From the human T2T-CHM13v2.0 reference genome, Homo sapiens: 64,000 nucleotides of DNA. Position 1 is the first letter of the stretch. The number at the start of each line of letters is the position of its first letter. Positions 1 through 13,605 of this stretch are shown one piece after another. The stretch lies in NCBI RefSeq assembly GCF_009914755.1, contig NC_060932.1; one strand, 5' to 3'. The notes under the pieces were generated by a model. That model worked only from the letters and a program-made list of their open reading frames with translations. It did no database searches and was not told where the DNA came from. The translations under genes and the position numbers were made by a program.

Positions 1-573
1 TTAGTGGTCTTGTTTGTTAGGGAGTCATTGCCATATATATATATTTTTTTACCTCCACAGGACACGTGGCACACTACCATGTACCTCTTTGGTTCACTAT
101 TTGTTTCTCATTTGGATTAAACCTGGAATACCTTGTTCTGTAGTTTCTTGATTAATGTCCTACCGTCCTATCTGCCTATCTAGGTGGGTCTAATGTCACT
201 TCCTGCAGCCCTGATTTCCTGCAGGTGTGATATCTTCAGTCAAAGATTGTACATTATTTTGTTTATGCCTAATGAAGTAATTCGGCCTTGTAATTATATT
301 TGGATAAATATTATTTTCACTTTGCTACAATACATGTTTCTGGAGAACCGGCCTGTGTCTCATTCTGAAGTAACTTACGGATATCAGGAGCTGAGTTAGG
401 GTAGAGACGAATAGCACCTTCCCTTACCAAACAAATCATAGGTTCTTCCTGGAGGACACCCCTTTCTTTCATCCCAACATCATCAAGCCCAGTCCTACAA
501 ATAGAAAATATGTGACAGATTCACACTAACTCTTTATTGCAATGGAAACCTCTTTATTGCAATGGACCTATGT

Positions 574-737
574 TAGTGCTTCTCAAACTTGAGTGTGTCT
601 AGGAATGTCCCAGAGATTTCACTAAATGCACATTTGGCCATGGTTGTTCTACGGTGCGGCTTGGTATTCCACATTTCTAAGAAACTGACAGGTGATACCA
701 AAGCTGTTGTATGTGAAACACACTTTGGAGAGTTGGG
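574..737. mobile_element. MER5A-like hAT-Charlie MITE
   Basis: Starts tagtgcttctcaaactt, has internal catttctaa...caggtgat, and ends cacactttggagag; matches the recalled MER5A layout. Confidence 0.65.
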
Positions 738-770
738 AATTAAATTATCTCAAATATATTTTTTATTTCC

Positions 771-1099
<329 letters not shown>

Positions 1100-1677
1100 C
1101 CAAAATACGTATTTTCCTTATCTGACATTTAAGGTCAAAGAGGAAGAAGTACCAAGTTACAAATATAGAATACTCTTCAGCTAGAACTTGTACTGGTGAC
1201 TGATTTTCTCTGTGGTTCCTTCTCCATAGGACCTATGTGTATCCAAATGTCTGTAGGGAAACTGAGGCAATTTTAATATTTTCCAAGAAATTCAGAGAGA
1301 ATCCTTCCATTTAAAGAATGATTAATAACAGGCAAACATAGAAAAAATATGTTCATATAAAAGATAATATTTTTTCTGCATAATATAATTTTTCAAACAA
1401 AGGAATATTTAGATTATATTCTTTCATACAAGAGTTAGGGAAAATATTCACTGAATAACTTAAAGAAGGTTAGTGACAGGTACCTGATCTTAAATCCAAC
1501 ATAAAAGTTGATCATCTAAAAAAAGTTCTTTAGATTTTCTTAGTAACTGTAAATACTGGTAAGGCCACAATTAACCAGGCAGGTGGCGTCAAGTCACTGT
1601 GCAATGTAAGACCCCCCAACACGGGTCCAATGACGGTGACTTTCCTACGTGTGAAAGATCTATGTGCACCTGCTACC

Positions 1678-1857
1678 CAGCGTTTCTCAACATTCAGCAT
1701 GCATTCCCATCTCACTGGGAGGGCTTGTGCAAACACAGATGGCTGGACCCCACACCCAGAGTTTCCACTTCAGTGTGACTGAAAATTTACATTTCTAGCA
1801 CTGTCCCAGGCAATGCTCATACTGCCAGTCCAGGAACCACTCTTTGAGAACCACACT
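1678..1857. mobile_element. MER5A/MER5A1 MITE
   Basis: Termini cagcgtttctcaa ... ctttgagaaccac; internal gagggcttgtgcaaacacagatggctgg. Confidence 0.8.
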
Positions 1858-1869
1858 CAGTATCTCCTT

Positions 1870-2140
1870 ATCCACATCCAAGTCCACGCAGATAATAGAC
1901 TCGTCTTAAAATTGGATGCTGATCACCCTAAACCTTGCTCAGAATTCTTCACCACCCTCTACTGTAGTTAACAAAGTCCAAACATCTGGGCCTGGCATTC
2001 TAGTTCCTTCCGGACTGTGGACCCAATTTAGCAGAAGGTTTCTGATCTCTTACTATTTATCTGCTCCTTTGCAATGGGCCAATTTATAACCATGTTTTTG
2101 GTGTGCCTCAACCATACCTTTTGATTTTATCAAACCTGTT
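1870..2140 (+). mobile_element. L2 fragment
   Basis: Degenerate L2-like tract (gatcaccct...aaagtccaaacatctgggcctggcattc). Confidence 0.5.
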
Positions 2141-3129
2141 CTTTTACCAGATGGTTGTTAGGCCTGGAGTTCTTTTTATTTTCCCCGCTTTTCAAAACCC
2201 TAAATAGCGAGAGGAGGTGAAGAGACTCACAGACATGCTCTCTCTTTCCTTCCCATGATGCTAACCTCAGAGTTGCTGTGGGAATTCCTTCCACCCCACA
2301 GTGTACCAGGTAAGCATCATACTACCTGCATTTGTGATATGGGTTAATGTAAGTGAATCACAAGTGCTTCATTATCTTGATTGTGACCACAAAATGCCAT
2401 AGCATTGCATTAAGTTACAATGTGTGCTGCTTCAAATAAAATCAATTGTCATAGGGAAAAAAAAACCCCATGAAACATCAATTTGGTGTACTAATTCAAA
2501 ATCCCAAGTATACCTGAGTCACCTATAGTATGGTCTAGAAATATCCTGTGAAAAATGTAATCTGTTTTTAACGAACATGATATATAGTAATGTTTAATGC
2601 CTTAGAAATCATGATATGAATTCTGAAAAGACATAATGGACAAAGTGTATCCGATAAGAGAATGAAAAAACAAGGTTGTGCTCACTGTAAAGAGTGAAGA
2701 CAAAGGTTTTAGGCAGAAATATAAGCTGTACCATGAGGTGTGGGATATCATCATAAAAGGTAATACTCTAGAATCTAACAAACCTAAGCTTTTTTTTTTT
2801 TTCAGATTTGCAAAGTACACCTTGCACAGCAGAGAGAAAATAACTATGTTTTATGTAAAAAAATGTGAATTCATTCACTGGCTGATAGATTTTCCTCATC
2901 TTTGATACTGTAAATTCCTACAAGAGGAAAAATGACTTTTATATTGAACATATATACAGACAAAATATATATGAATACATAGGCATATATCAAGAAGGAT
3001 AGCATTCTCATTTTGTACATAAAGTAAAAGTATTAGTACCAAGTCTTTCTAGGCAGCTCCAACATTATCCTGAACTTGACAAGTGAACCTTACCCATCAG
3101 AGTACTGCTGGGTAATACCAGTTATCAGA

Positions 3130-3290
3130 CAACTGAAACGCTTCAAACATGTTGTAAGAAGGTCTTCATATTGCCCTTTCATAGATGAGAAAAATGGCTG
3201 GGAGAGCTTACTAAAGTTTCCAAATGTCGTAGCTAGTAATCACATCCCATGACTCAAAATCCCTTCTTCTTTGGCTTCCCACTATTCATA
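3130..3290 (-). mobile_element. MIR fragment
   Basis: ttgccctttcatagatgagaaaaatggctgggagag resembles the MIR core. Confidence 0.55.
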
Positions 3291-4319
3291 AACATTACTT
3301 TTCATGTTACGTTGTGTATTACTTTAAACGGCACACACGCATGTTACCTGAATCAGCGATCTGATCTCATACAGCAAATAAAAATTTCTTGGAAAAGTGG
3401 AAAAATATATTCAATTTGATCGTAAGTCTTTACATGCATTTTTAAGACTTTTTAAGAAGACATTAACTTGGATGGTACATATTTGCTGTTTCTAAAAGTT
3501 ATAATTAGAAAAAACAAATAAGTTCAATCTTTTTGGGAATTATCTAAATGGGGTAATTTAGGTCTTTTATTATGTATTCCCCTTAGAATTTTTAGAGATA
3601 AAGCAAAGCTGTCGAGGTACACTTTAAGGCAGTATGGTAAAAAATGTTACAGTGGCCTATTAAGTATCATCTCACAGAATTGTGCAGATCTTTGCTTTAT
3701 TTTTAAGGAATGGCCCAGCCAAGTGTGAGTTACCAGTGGTTGTGCCAGGTACAGGCCAACATCATGAAAAACAAGCCTAAGTTCAGGCTCATTGATGAGA
3801 TGCCACCTTTCACTTTGTATTAGGAAGATTCAGGCAGAGATCCTGAGAGCAATGTGGACTTCTGTGGATTGCTGCCCTGAGAAGTGTTATGTGAGTAATC
3901 TCAGACCTGCCTGTGTCAGTCAGTAACAGACTGACTCTTAGAATCACCCGCTGCTCGTATCAAATAGCCCAAGATATCTCTTCCGTAGTTCTTCTCATCA
4001 TCAACTCTGTGCTCTGCGGTCCAGGCAAATAACTTTCTCTCTTCTTGAGAATATTTCAGGGATTCTTGTCCTCTGGAAACAACATGCATTCACTGATTGA
4101 TTTTTTGGGGGGGTGTGGGGAGAGTGGTAATTTGCTGGGGCCAGAAATGTGCTCTGATATGTTCACAGTTTCCTCTTTCTACCAGGAGGACTCCATAGGT
4201 ATTTGACCCCAAAGTCTGACTCTCAAATTGGAGTCACTGGAGGTCAAAGCCCTAATGTCTGTTGAGGCTTTATGGAGCCCCTCTGAGAATAACAAATACA
4301 TGGCAATCACTATAAACCT

Positions 4320-4460
4320 GCATTTATGCATCAATGACCATGGGCCAGGCTAGATACTAAGCACATAATAGTCATTATCAAATTTAATTTGCATAACAAT
4401 TTTAGGAGATATGAGAAAGCTGAGTCTTAGGTTCATCAAGAAATCTTCCCAACATCGCAT
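4320..4460 (-). mobile_element. MIR fragment
   Basis: catttatgcatcaatgaccatgggccaggc...gatatgagaaagctgagtcttag. Confidence 0.55.
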
Positions 4461-4661
4461 ATATCATGAAAGGAAATGTGAAGATTTCAACAAAATTTTT
4501 ACTGAATATTTTATGCTATTAATCATTATGGATACATTTTCCCAATGGGAATCTGATAAATTTGCATCAGCATTCTGTGGGAACGTAAGCACAAAACTTT
4601 GCTCGCAGATTTTGGGTGCACACACATTCCCTGGGCCTTTACACATCCAGTATCCCCTGGT

Positions 4662-4692
<31 letters not shown>

Positions 4693-5109
4693 TCCTAACC
4701 TAAGGGAAACACTTTTGTAGCTATGGAGCTCACATTTGCCTCTCCCTTGTTTAATCCCTGGAACATACTTTTAAGAACATTGCTTAAAAAAAAATCTGTC
4801 TTATTTTTTGTAATTGCTCTGCAGGGCCTACTCCAATGACATGAAACAACTCTGGTGAAGCAATCGCTTAATAGCAGGCCAGAGGTCTCAAAGATATTAT
4901 TAATATACCTTCCAAAGGCACCAAACTGGCTTACAGGCATTAGGGGCAATTCTGGATTCTTAGCTATTATTTGAAACAGGATCTCTATGTGAGGACCAAC
5001 GACATTTTGACTTCTCAAATGTTACTGTGAGGTAATATAATAACACACCTTCCCTAAGAGGAAGATCACTCACGCATCTATCTTGCTTTGCAAGCGCTGG
5101 CAAACAGGG

Positions 5110-5172
5110 CTCCTTCACTACTGTTCTCCTTCACTACTACTTCACTACTACAATGTTCTCCTTCACTACTGT
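5110..5172. repeat. Short imperfect tandem repeat, core cttcactact
   Basis: tccttcactactg / tccttcactacta / cttcactacta / tccttcactactg seen directly. Confidence 0.85.
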
Positions 5173-7496
5173 AAGAGGCTTGCCTTTCTTTTTCACATTG
5201 TGGGTGAAATGCGGGGAGCAGCTGAGAAGGCCTTTGGAGAATTCTAGTGAACAAGTCCACTGGGCTGGAGACAACTAAAGCAATATTCTGGAGAGGCTTG
5301 AAGTGGATCGTGATTGGTCCTTTGGAGACTGGGTCAGGCTGTAGCTAAGATTTGTGGATGTGACAGGCTGAGACAGTTATCCTCTCAACCTCGTCCTGGC
5401 TTGGAGGAGATGTAGACCCAAAAGGTGTCAGTGTTGAGGCACTTTCCCTCATTGAAGTCTGTAACTTTTACTTCTCCTAGGGTGATTCGTGTGGGCATCC
5501 TTGCTGGGAAATGCCAGTGTGAGTCACATTCGTCAGGAGGAACCCAGACCAAATCTACAGGAAAAATGAGCTCAAGGGTGCCGAGGGCAGGATATGCAGA
5601 AAAAGGCAGAACACACGGCGTGCTCCTGAGACAGCAGTGCGGAAATATCCAGAGAGCTTTCTCCCAGAAGCAGGAATGTTCCCACAGCGTGGTCGCTCTC
5701 CCCAGGTATTTCAACCCTAGGGAGGTAGGTGCCTTTTCGTGGCATAGAGGGAAAACTTCTAATAAGGCCCTCTGTTAGGCTCAGGAGCTTGTTTGTGCTG
5801 CAGGAATGGGTGAAGAGTCACCTGGGAACCCTCCTTTTCCTAACATCATCATCCCTCCTTCGAAATTCTTGCGACTTGTGTAGCAAAGGCAAAAGTTTAG
5901 GGAAGGGGGTCTTGACTCTGGAGCTAATACGAACTCGACAAATTTGAAAAGTGTTTAATAATTCTCATCACAATTTTGCATGGTGATTGTAATAGAAGCA
6001 CCACGTATGTCCTGCTGTATACAAGTTGATGGAATGGGTACAAAATCGTTAAAAGACTAAGCCCTGTATTAAAGCTGCTTGGACTCTAATTAGACAAGGA
6101 AGAAAAAATGGCTTTTTGACTGATATGCAGACAACACTTGGGAGTAACTAGAATGTTCCTCCATTTATTTATAAATAAAGGTAAATAATTCTTTATTTTT
6201 CTCTTAAAACAGAGGCATCACTAGAGCAAAGACCAGCTGCTAACATGGCATTGGGGAAAGGAGAATGGAACATCAACTGTGGATAATAACAGTGTGTGAG
6301 CTTTTCTTACAACTTATGTCGGACACATGTTACATCGGGGGACAAGGAATTTTATAATGCACGGAAAACAATGTTCATGCAGTTCAGTGAATTGTGGGGT
6401 GGGGAGGAAAATATGTCAGAGGCGTTTCCCAGCTGCTCAGCTCTCTCACCACGTTTGAAAATATGATGGAATTCAGAGCATGCCTGTGTCCTGCAAACTG
6501 ACGACAGGGTGGCAGGTGCACCGAGGCCACAGAATGCACCAGGAAGAGACTCTGAAGATGCTGCCCTGTCTGCCGTCAAGACGCTTAATCCCTTCATAAA
6601 ATCACGAAATTTAAGTGTTCAGGTTTTATTTTGTTCACTTTATATTTTGAAAGTGAACCAAGTAAACATTATACAAATTTTACAAAGAAGTCAGATTCAA
6701 ATGGTGCCTTCAGAATAACTTGAGCAGACAGTATTATGAATGCATTATTTTTGGGTTCTAACACAGCAAAAGACAGATGATTTTAATATAAAGCTATTGT
6801 GCTTAATAAGAAAACAGACTGATATTGCTAAATCTATAATCTATTTTCCCCTTTGTATTTGCATATGCTTCTTCAGACCATTAAGGATATAAAAACACAA
6901 CGAATTCGGTGCTTCTTTAGAGATTGTAGTGCCTTCTCTCCAGAGTACATTATTACAAATATAACTTGTTATTGGAGAGTGCATGCAACAGGCCAAATCT
7001 CTATCTTATTTCTGCCTTCCTTGGATGCAATGAATTTCAAGAGAACTGGAAAAATAAGTGCTTCCTACACAGTATCTACACAGAACTGTTATTAGCTTGA
7101 TTGATCACAACCAGGAACGCTTTCTTGGGCATATTTCTGTAGCTATTACAAGACAGATGTGGCCAAGTCCTACTTATTCAGGGGCTGCCCAGCTAGCCCT
7201 CTGGGGACACTCCAGAACTCTAGAAATTGGAGATGACCAGAAAATTCTGTCAAATCACCTTGGCAGCTGTGGTTTACTGGACAGGTTGCCAATCACAGGA
7301 CTCAAAGAGCTCTCAGAAAATCATATAATGCAAGTGTCTGCTTCCAGACGGGTCTCTGGGGACTAGATGTCAGCATCTCTCTTGAATGCTCATTCCAAAA
7401 TCAAATCACATCATTCTTTAGGTCATTTTTCTTTTGTTTAACTGAAGTCTCTATAATCATAGATCCTTTTTTTTTTCCTTATTGAAAGGCTATATA

Positions 7497-7733
<237 letters not shown>

Positions 7734-8494
7734 CTATATAACACCAGCTGGTCTTTATATTTCCAGTTTCTCTGCCATCCAATTCGATTAATAACTAGGA
7801 GTGGCTTTCATAATCACCTCTTTCACATGTCATTGCTTGTCGGAGCTGCCATAAGCACTCCCAGGCTCGCCTATCAAACTCCAGAACTTCCTCCTTTATT
7901 CTAAGACTTTTCCATCAGAAATCTCTCATCTCACCAGCCTCATTTCTCAATAGACTGAAACTTGTAAATTCTGTCTAATTAAACTCATTTTCTTAGACTG
8001 CCACAAACAAAAGATTCTCCTTCCCATCTGTGTTCCATCTTCTTACCTCCGTTATCTTTTCTCACCATCATTTTCCAAAGGATTCTCCTCTATGTGTTTT
8101 CCCTATATGTCCACCTGAATCTTACATCTTCCCACAAGTTTCCTGAACCGATAAAAATAGTTCAAAGGATCACCAATTGTCATATAGACACATATGGAGT
8201 ATATTTTCTTTAACCACCTTTTATATTTGACTGAGTCTTTTCAAACCCTAAATCAATAAATATAACAGCTTGTCCAATTCTGAGACTGATTTTCTATTTT
8301 TATTTAACCTGATTAATGGGAACTTCACATTTCTCATGAATTTGTAATGATTTCAGAGAAATCGTTTTCTAACTCTGATTCGACATACTTCTATAGGGGC
8401 ATGAACTTACTGGGAAATATCACTAATTATTCAAAAAACAATATACGGAGGGTGAATATTTTATATTTTAGTGATATTTGATACGTACTAATCA

Positions 8495-9950
8495 ATCTGG
8501 TTTCAGTCAAAACATGTATTTAGGATTTACTACATTCAAGGCAATCTTCTAGCCAATTTGGGTGCAGGGACAAATAGGGTGGGACGATTTCTACTTAGAG
8601 TAGACCAGGGAAGACATTCCTAAACCAGAGAGGCTGCGTGCTCCTAGACCCTCAAGTGAAACATATTGCATACAATGGAAATACATAACAGAGGGGGCTG
8701 GTTAATCTTAGCTTCTCTGCCAAGGTGGTTTTGGAGATGAAAGTTGAAGCATGATAGAAAAGAGAGAGAAGGAGCTAAGGTGAATTGCACCCAGTGTTTA
8801 CAAGCGTCCTCAAGTGGAAAAAAGTGGAGCATGTTTGATAAACTGAGAAATACATGCAGAATACGACAACTGATGGGATGAAATGTCCAAGATGAGCCTG
8901 AAGAGGCAGACTGCAGTCTGCTCTTGTAGCTCAAGGTCACACGAAGGCATGCAATGCTAGCTAGAGTAAACATGGTAGGATTTTATGATTTAAATTATAT
9001 TCTGTTGAGAGTTCTGGAGGGGGCGTAGTAGTGATGGTGATGTAAGAGTGAATGAAGATCAATTAATCAGCAGCTATGGTGGTCATTCAGGTAAGAGAAC
9101 ACAGGGTGTGAACATGGATTGAGAGGAGTAACCAAATGTGAGGAAGACACAGGAAAGCCTACGCACTGGTGACTATAATGAGCTAAGGCGTGGAGAGAAT
9201 CGTGACTTTAGCAGCAGGGCAACATGGCAGCACTAGGAAAGGAGCTTTTGGATGGTGTGTGTCTGTGTTGCAGTGGTCATGTGGGGTTTTGGCACCTTGA
9301 AATTTGAAGTATCCATGTTACATCGACAGGGAGATGTTGAGTTGAGAACCGAATATATTGGTTGGAGGTCAGAACAGATATCAGGGTTGGAATAAACATT
9401 CAGGAATCCTTGGCACGAGAATGACAATGGAAGCCATGGGGAGGTTTTTGTCAAAGGATCCTGTGAGGACCATCGACCTGCTCAGGAGTGAGAATCCAAG
9501 GCCAATCCGATATCAGAACAGAGGAAGCAACAAGCACAAAGGGAAATGCAACTTCCAGACCAGAAGAAGCAAACCACTGGGATGTGTCCCAGAAGCAACC
9601 AGCGAAGGGAAATGTAACCTCCAGACTGGAAGAAGCAAGCCCTTGGAATGTGTCCCAGAAGTGAACAAAAATGTGTTTCAGAAAGGATGGAGCGAGCCCT
9701 AGGTGCAAGTAATAATAAGGCAACAAAGAATACGGTCAGTGAGTTCCAGTGCATTTGCCCACAGATCTGGCAAGAATGTACTTAGGGAAGTGGTGGAGTC
9801 ATCCAGCATTGAGACATTTGGGTCAGGGCCATCGAAATATCAAGGATGCAAACTTTCAGGAAGTTTAGATGGAAGCATGCAGGGAAGGCAGGAGTGGGGA
9901 AGGAATGTGGGTCACAGGATGAGTTCTTAAAGAGATAAACAACTTGTATC
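8495..9950 (-). mobile_element. L2 (long degenerate fragment)
   Basis: Antisense L2 3' end at about 8500, with typical L2 motifs (ggtaggattttatg, gcagggcaacatggcagcact, tgagtttgaa-like) through about 9950; ends approximate. Confidence 0.65.
9524..9661. repeat. Tandem duplication, period about 66-68 bp
   Basis: aagggaaatgcaacttccagaccagaagaagcaaaccactgggatgtgtcccagaag vs aagggaaatgtaacctccagactggaagaagcaagcccttggaatgtgtcccagaag. Confidence 0.9.
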
Positions 9951-10947
9951 TTAATGCTGGGCACCAGAGTACTAGAGTATTAGAACCAACTCAGACGGTC
10001 TAATCACCTTGACTTTCCTGTGTGTGTATATATAATTTATGATTACCTCGACTGTTTTTTGTCCAGCTGTATAAAGTCCAGTTTTGGACTCAAATAAATT
10101 AACGATCACTTTTGACTTCAGATAAAGGAAAGTACTTTAGCCAATATTTAAATTTTGTAATACTTTGTTATTCTTGAAACCCTTCTCTATACTTCTAAGT
10201 TAAAGAAAAAGTAATATTAAGTGGAAATGATCACAATAAAGAGTCATATTTGAATTATGTAAGTGCCTTGTCTTCAGCGTTAGAATTTTATATGAATAGA
10301 GTATGATGAGAAAAATAATTCAGTCAGAGAAAACAAGAAAAAGTACTTTTAACCCCCAAAAAGAGGTAAGTAACTTGAGCACCTGCAAAAGGGCTAGAAT
10401 AGAGTAGATAAGAGCTAGTTAGAGAGGTTGCATACTTTGGAGAGAAAGGGTCACAGGTAGCTCATGGTTTTTAAGAACGAGGAAGAGAATGGGGCCTAGA
10501 GGGTATCAGGATGTGTCCCATTACGTTGGATAGATGTAAAAACATACGGGTACAGATAAAGATGTTTGGTGCAAGAAAGGAGAGACAACCATGTTCTAAA
10601 TCTTCTATTTCTAACGCTAATTATTATTATATCATGTTTTGAGTAAGGACAGTGTGTGTGCAATCTGTGTAAAGTTTAATTTTTGTAGCTCCTAACTAAA
10701 GTATCAATAGTTTCCACTGTTGAAATGGCAGTTTACTCCTTAAAATAAAATAAATTAATAAAATAGTACCAGCTAGCATTAAATGAAACTCTTTCTGTCT
10801 CTCAGATCTCCACCTAGTCCACGTTAGTATGCATTAAGTCAGCTTGGTTGTCAAGTTGAAAGATGTCTTTATTTTTTGACTATCCCTTTTTTTTTCAGAT
10901 CCTTTGACATGTATCTGTCTTTGCTCATTCTTCATTTTTACCGGTTA

Positions 10948-11720
10948 ATTCCTCAACAAAGATTTATTGACATCTACTCTACTGAGTGTCCTTATGCTAG
11001 AATGCAAATACTTCCAAGGCACACATCATACAGTTTTCAGTTTTATGCTGCTGAAATCTTACAGAATAACTCAATAATTACTGATTGAACTAAACACAAC
11101 AACAACGACAACAACAAAACAGTATTGCAGTGTGATGAAAGCTGAACGGAACAGCCTTCACACACATACAAGTGTTCAGGATGAGGAGATTCTACAGACA
11201 CATCCAGGGATACAGGCAGGGAATAGTTATTGAATTAATTAGGGATCGGAAAAGCCCTAATAATGAAGAGTCAAGAGTTTAGGTAGCAGGCTGGGAGTAG
11301 TAGTTCACGCCTGTAATCCCAGCCCTTTGGGAGGCTGAAGCAGGAGGACCACCTAAGGTCAGGATTTCGAGACCAGCCTGGCCAACATCACGAAACTCTG
11401 CCTCTACCAAAAATAGAAAAATTATCTGGGCATGGTAGTGTGTGCCTGTAGTCTCAGCTATTCAGGAGTCTAAGGCAGGAGAATCATTTGAACCCAGGAA
11501 GCGGAAGTTGCAGTGAGCTTAGATAGTGCCACTGCACTCCAGCCTAGGCGTCACAGTAAGACTCTGTCTCAAAAAAAAAAAAAAAAAAAAAAAGAGTTTA
11601 GCATAGTAGGTTCGGAAGATCACTTCAAGGACTTCAGGGAAGTGCAGGAAAGGATGACATGAAACAGGACATTACTGGGCTTTGTTGATCATACGATCAA
11701 ATTCTAGCTTTAAACACAAG
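10948..11720 (-). mobile_element. L2 fragment interrupted by an Alu
   Basis: attcctcaacaaagatttattgacatctact is an antisense L2 3' end; continuation is degenerate. Confidence 0.5.
11289..11593 (+). mobile_element. AluS (Sx/Sz-like)
   Basis: Full dimer with pure A tail; TSD aagagtttag(g/ca)tag. Confidence 0.95.
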
Positions 11721-13581
11721 GATGAATAATTCTATAATAGTCAGACATTTAATGGGATTATTACTGAAATATTTGAAAAGCTTATCATATAATTATATAT
11801 AATTTAACAGAACCTGTGTACTTCATAACTGATATTACTAATAATGTAGAACTCTATCTCTGTTATAATTTATTGGTTGAATGTTAATTTAGCTAGCAGC
11901 TCAAATTATGAACTCTCTCGCTTTCCATTGCATCTGTTCCTAAAATTTTCGTATCAATTTTATTACCTTTATCTAGTATGCATTTTGGGGTTTAACATTT
12001 TACATATCACCCCAACTAGAAACTTTTCAATTGTTTTTGAATAACAAGGAAATTAAAATCATATAAATTGTGTGAGTTATCTGAGGCAGACCTACATAAA
12101 CTGGCTCCAAACTTTAGGTAAACGGACTGGAAGCATTTGAGTGAGATTCATAAGATTGATATAATGCAATTAGTTGGAAAATGTCACTGCAGACACAAGA
12201 CAAATGGGTAACATAATACTTTGCTTTTCAAAGTGTCTGCTCTGGAAGTCTTTGACTCAATGATTCTGTCAAAAAAGATAACATGCCAGTAAATTTCAGT
12301 GAAAAAAAATGCTAAATGCTCTATTACTTCAAGAAATTGAAGACAACAATACAATGATGAAGTAGAGACTTCCAGATGTTGCCAACCGGTCATTTATGAG
12401 GTGTAACGAAAATATATACAACAGGAGCCCAGAAAGCTTTTGTGGAAAGTCTCATATAAAATCACCTGGTTCTCAGCACTACGCCGGATATTTATATAGC
12501 ATGAATATTGTCAGCGAATATCAAGCCTCTGTACATAGGAGGTAATTCCATGATGAAATAACTCTCAATTTCTAAAACTGTCTTAACAAATGACAAAACA
12601 CTTATATGAACCATGACATTACTTATACATAAAGGCTTGTTAGCTTGAAATTTCTGATAAATGGGAATTAACTTCCTACTTAGGGATACGCCTAGGTTGA
12701 AACATTTAGTATCCGATTATGTATGAAGTATGATTGTATGAACATTATGTAGGTGACAATATGAACTTTAGTAGGCGACTGCAAATGTACTTAACATATA
12801 GGTACCCTGACAGGCAACCCGGATGTATTCATCACCTGATGTAATCTGTGTAGTTTCCTACTACAGTCATCACAAGGATAGAAAAAGTAGAGATAATCAT
12901 TGAGAATGTGTCACAAAACTAGAGAGAGAAAAAATAATTGAGTGGCTCAATTTCAAAATAAGGCTGTGAAGATGGATTATGGGGGGTGGTCTTAGATTGC
13001 TGCAGGTTAGAGAGATAAGGACTTGCACCAAATAAAAGTCCCTAGCTGGTCATGAAACAGAATGAGACATATTAAAAAAAATAACAATAATAATCTGCAC
13101 TAAAAGCTGCTCCTTCTCCTCCAATTTATTATTTCCTGAGGCAAAATGGTGAAACTCCACTGCCCTATGAAGCATTGTTGATACTGGAAATTGATTTTAT
13201 TTTCTTCCTCTTTTTGAATGTTACATAATATGTTTCTTAAGACACCAGGCATTTATTCAGAATTTTAAAATCTTTGTCATAAAAGATAGTCTAAGAGAAT
13301 GAGTGCTTACCTGCTGCACAGAGGAATAACGATTACAAATATTTATGGAGCGCTTAATCTCAGCTAAGTGTTTCCCATGAGCCATTTCCTGTGGTTGAAA
13401 TGCAACCCTATGAGATGCTGTTGAATGCATGAACGAACTGAAGTTCCTGAAATTAGGTGATGCGTTGGGAGTAGCAGACTCAGGAGTGAATGCTAAGTTT
13501 TGCAAATATACAGTCCACTCACTTTGACACTTCACCGCACTGCTTCCCTCTACAGGAGTTTGGGTTTGGTTATACCACGAA

Positions 13582-13605
13582 ACACACACACACACACACA
13601 CACAC
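13582..13605. repeat. (CA)n microsatellite
   Basis: Seen directly. Confidence 0.95.

Noticed and set aside
61-183. Strong acceptor at 60/61 with TAG|GTGGGT donor (similar cases at 6213, 58148 and minus-strand 63420-63554)
   Set aside because: Stops in all frames; such pseudoexons are common in long non-coding DNA
5110-5172. Short repeats as a possible CRISPR-like array
   Set aside because: No unique spacers and a eukaryotic context; this is a simple slippage repeat
9358-9754. Overlapping ORFs with repeated peptide
   Set aside because: Explained by the tandem duplication within an L2
12477-12541. Exon-like segment HYAGYLYSMNIVSEYQASVHR
   Set aside because: Mediocre acceptor, unrecognised peptide and no linkable neighbours; likely a pseudoexon
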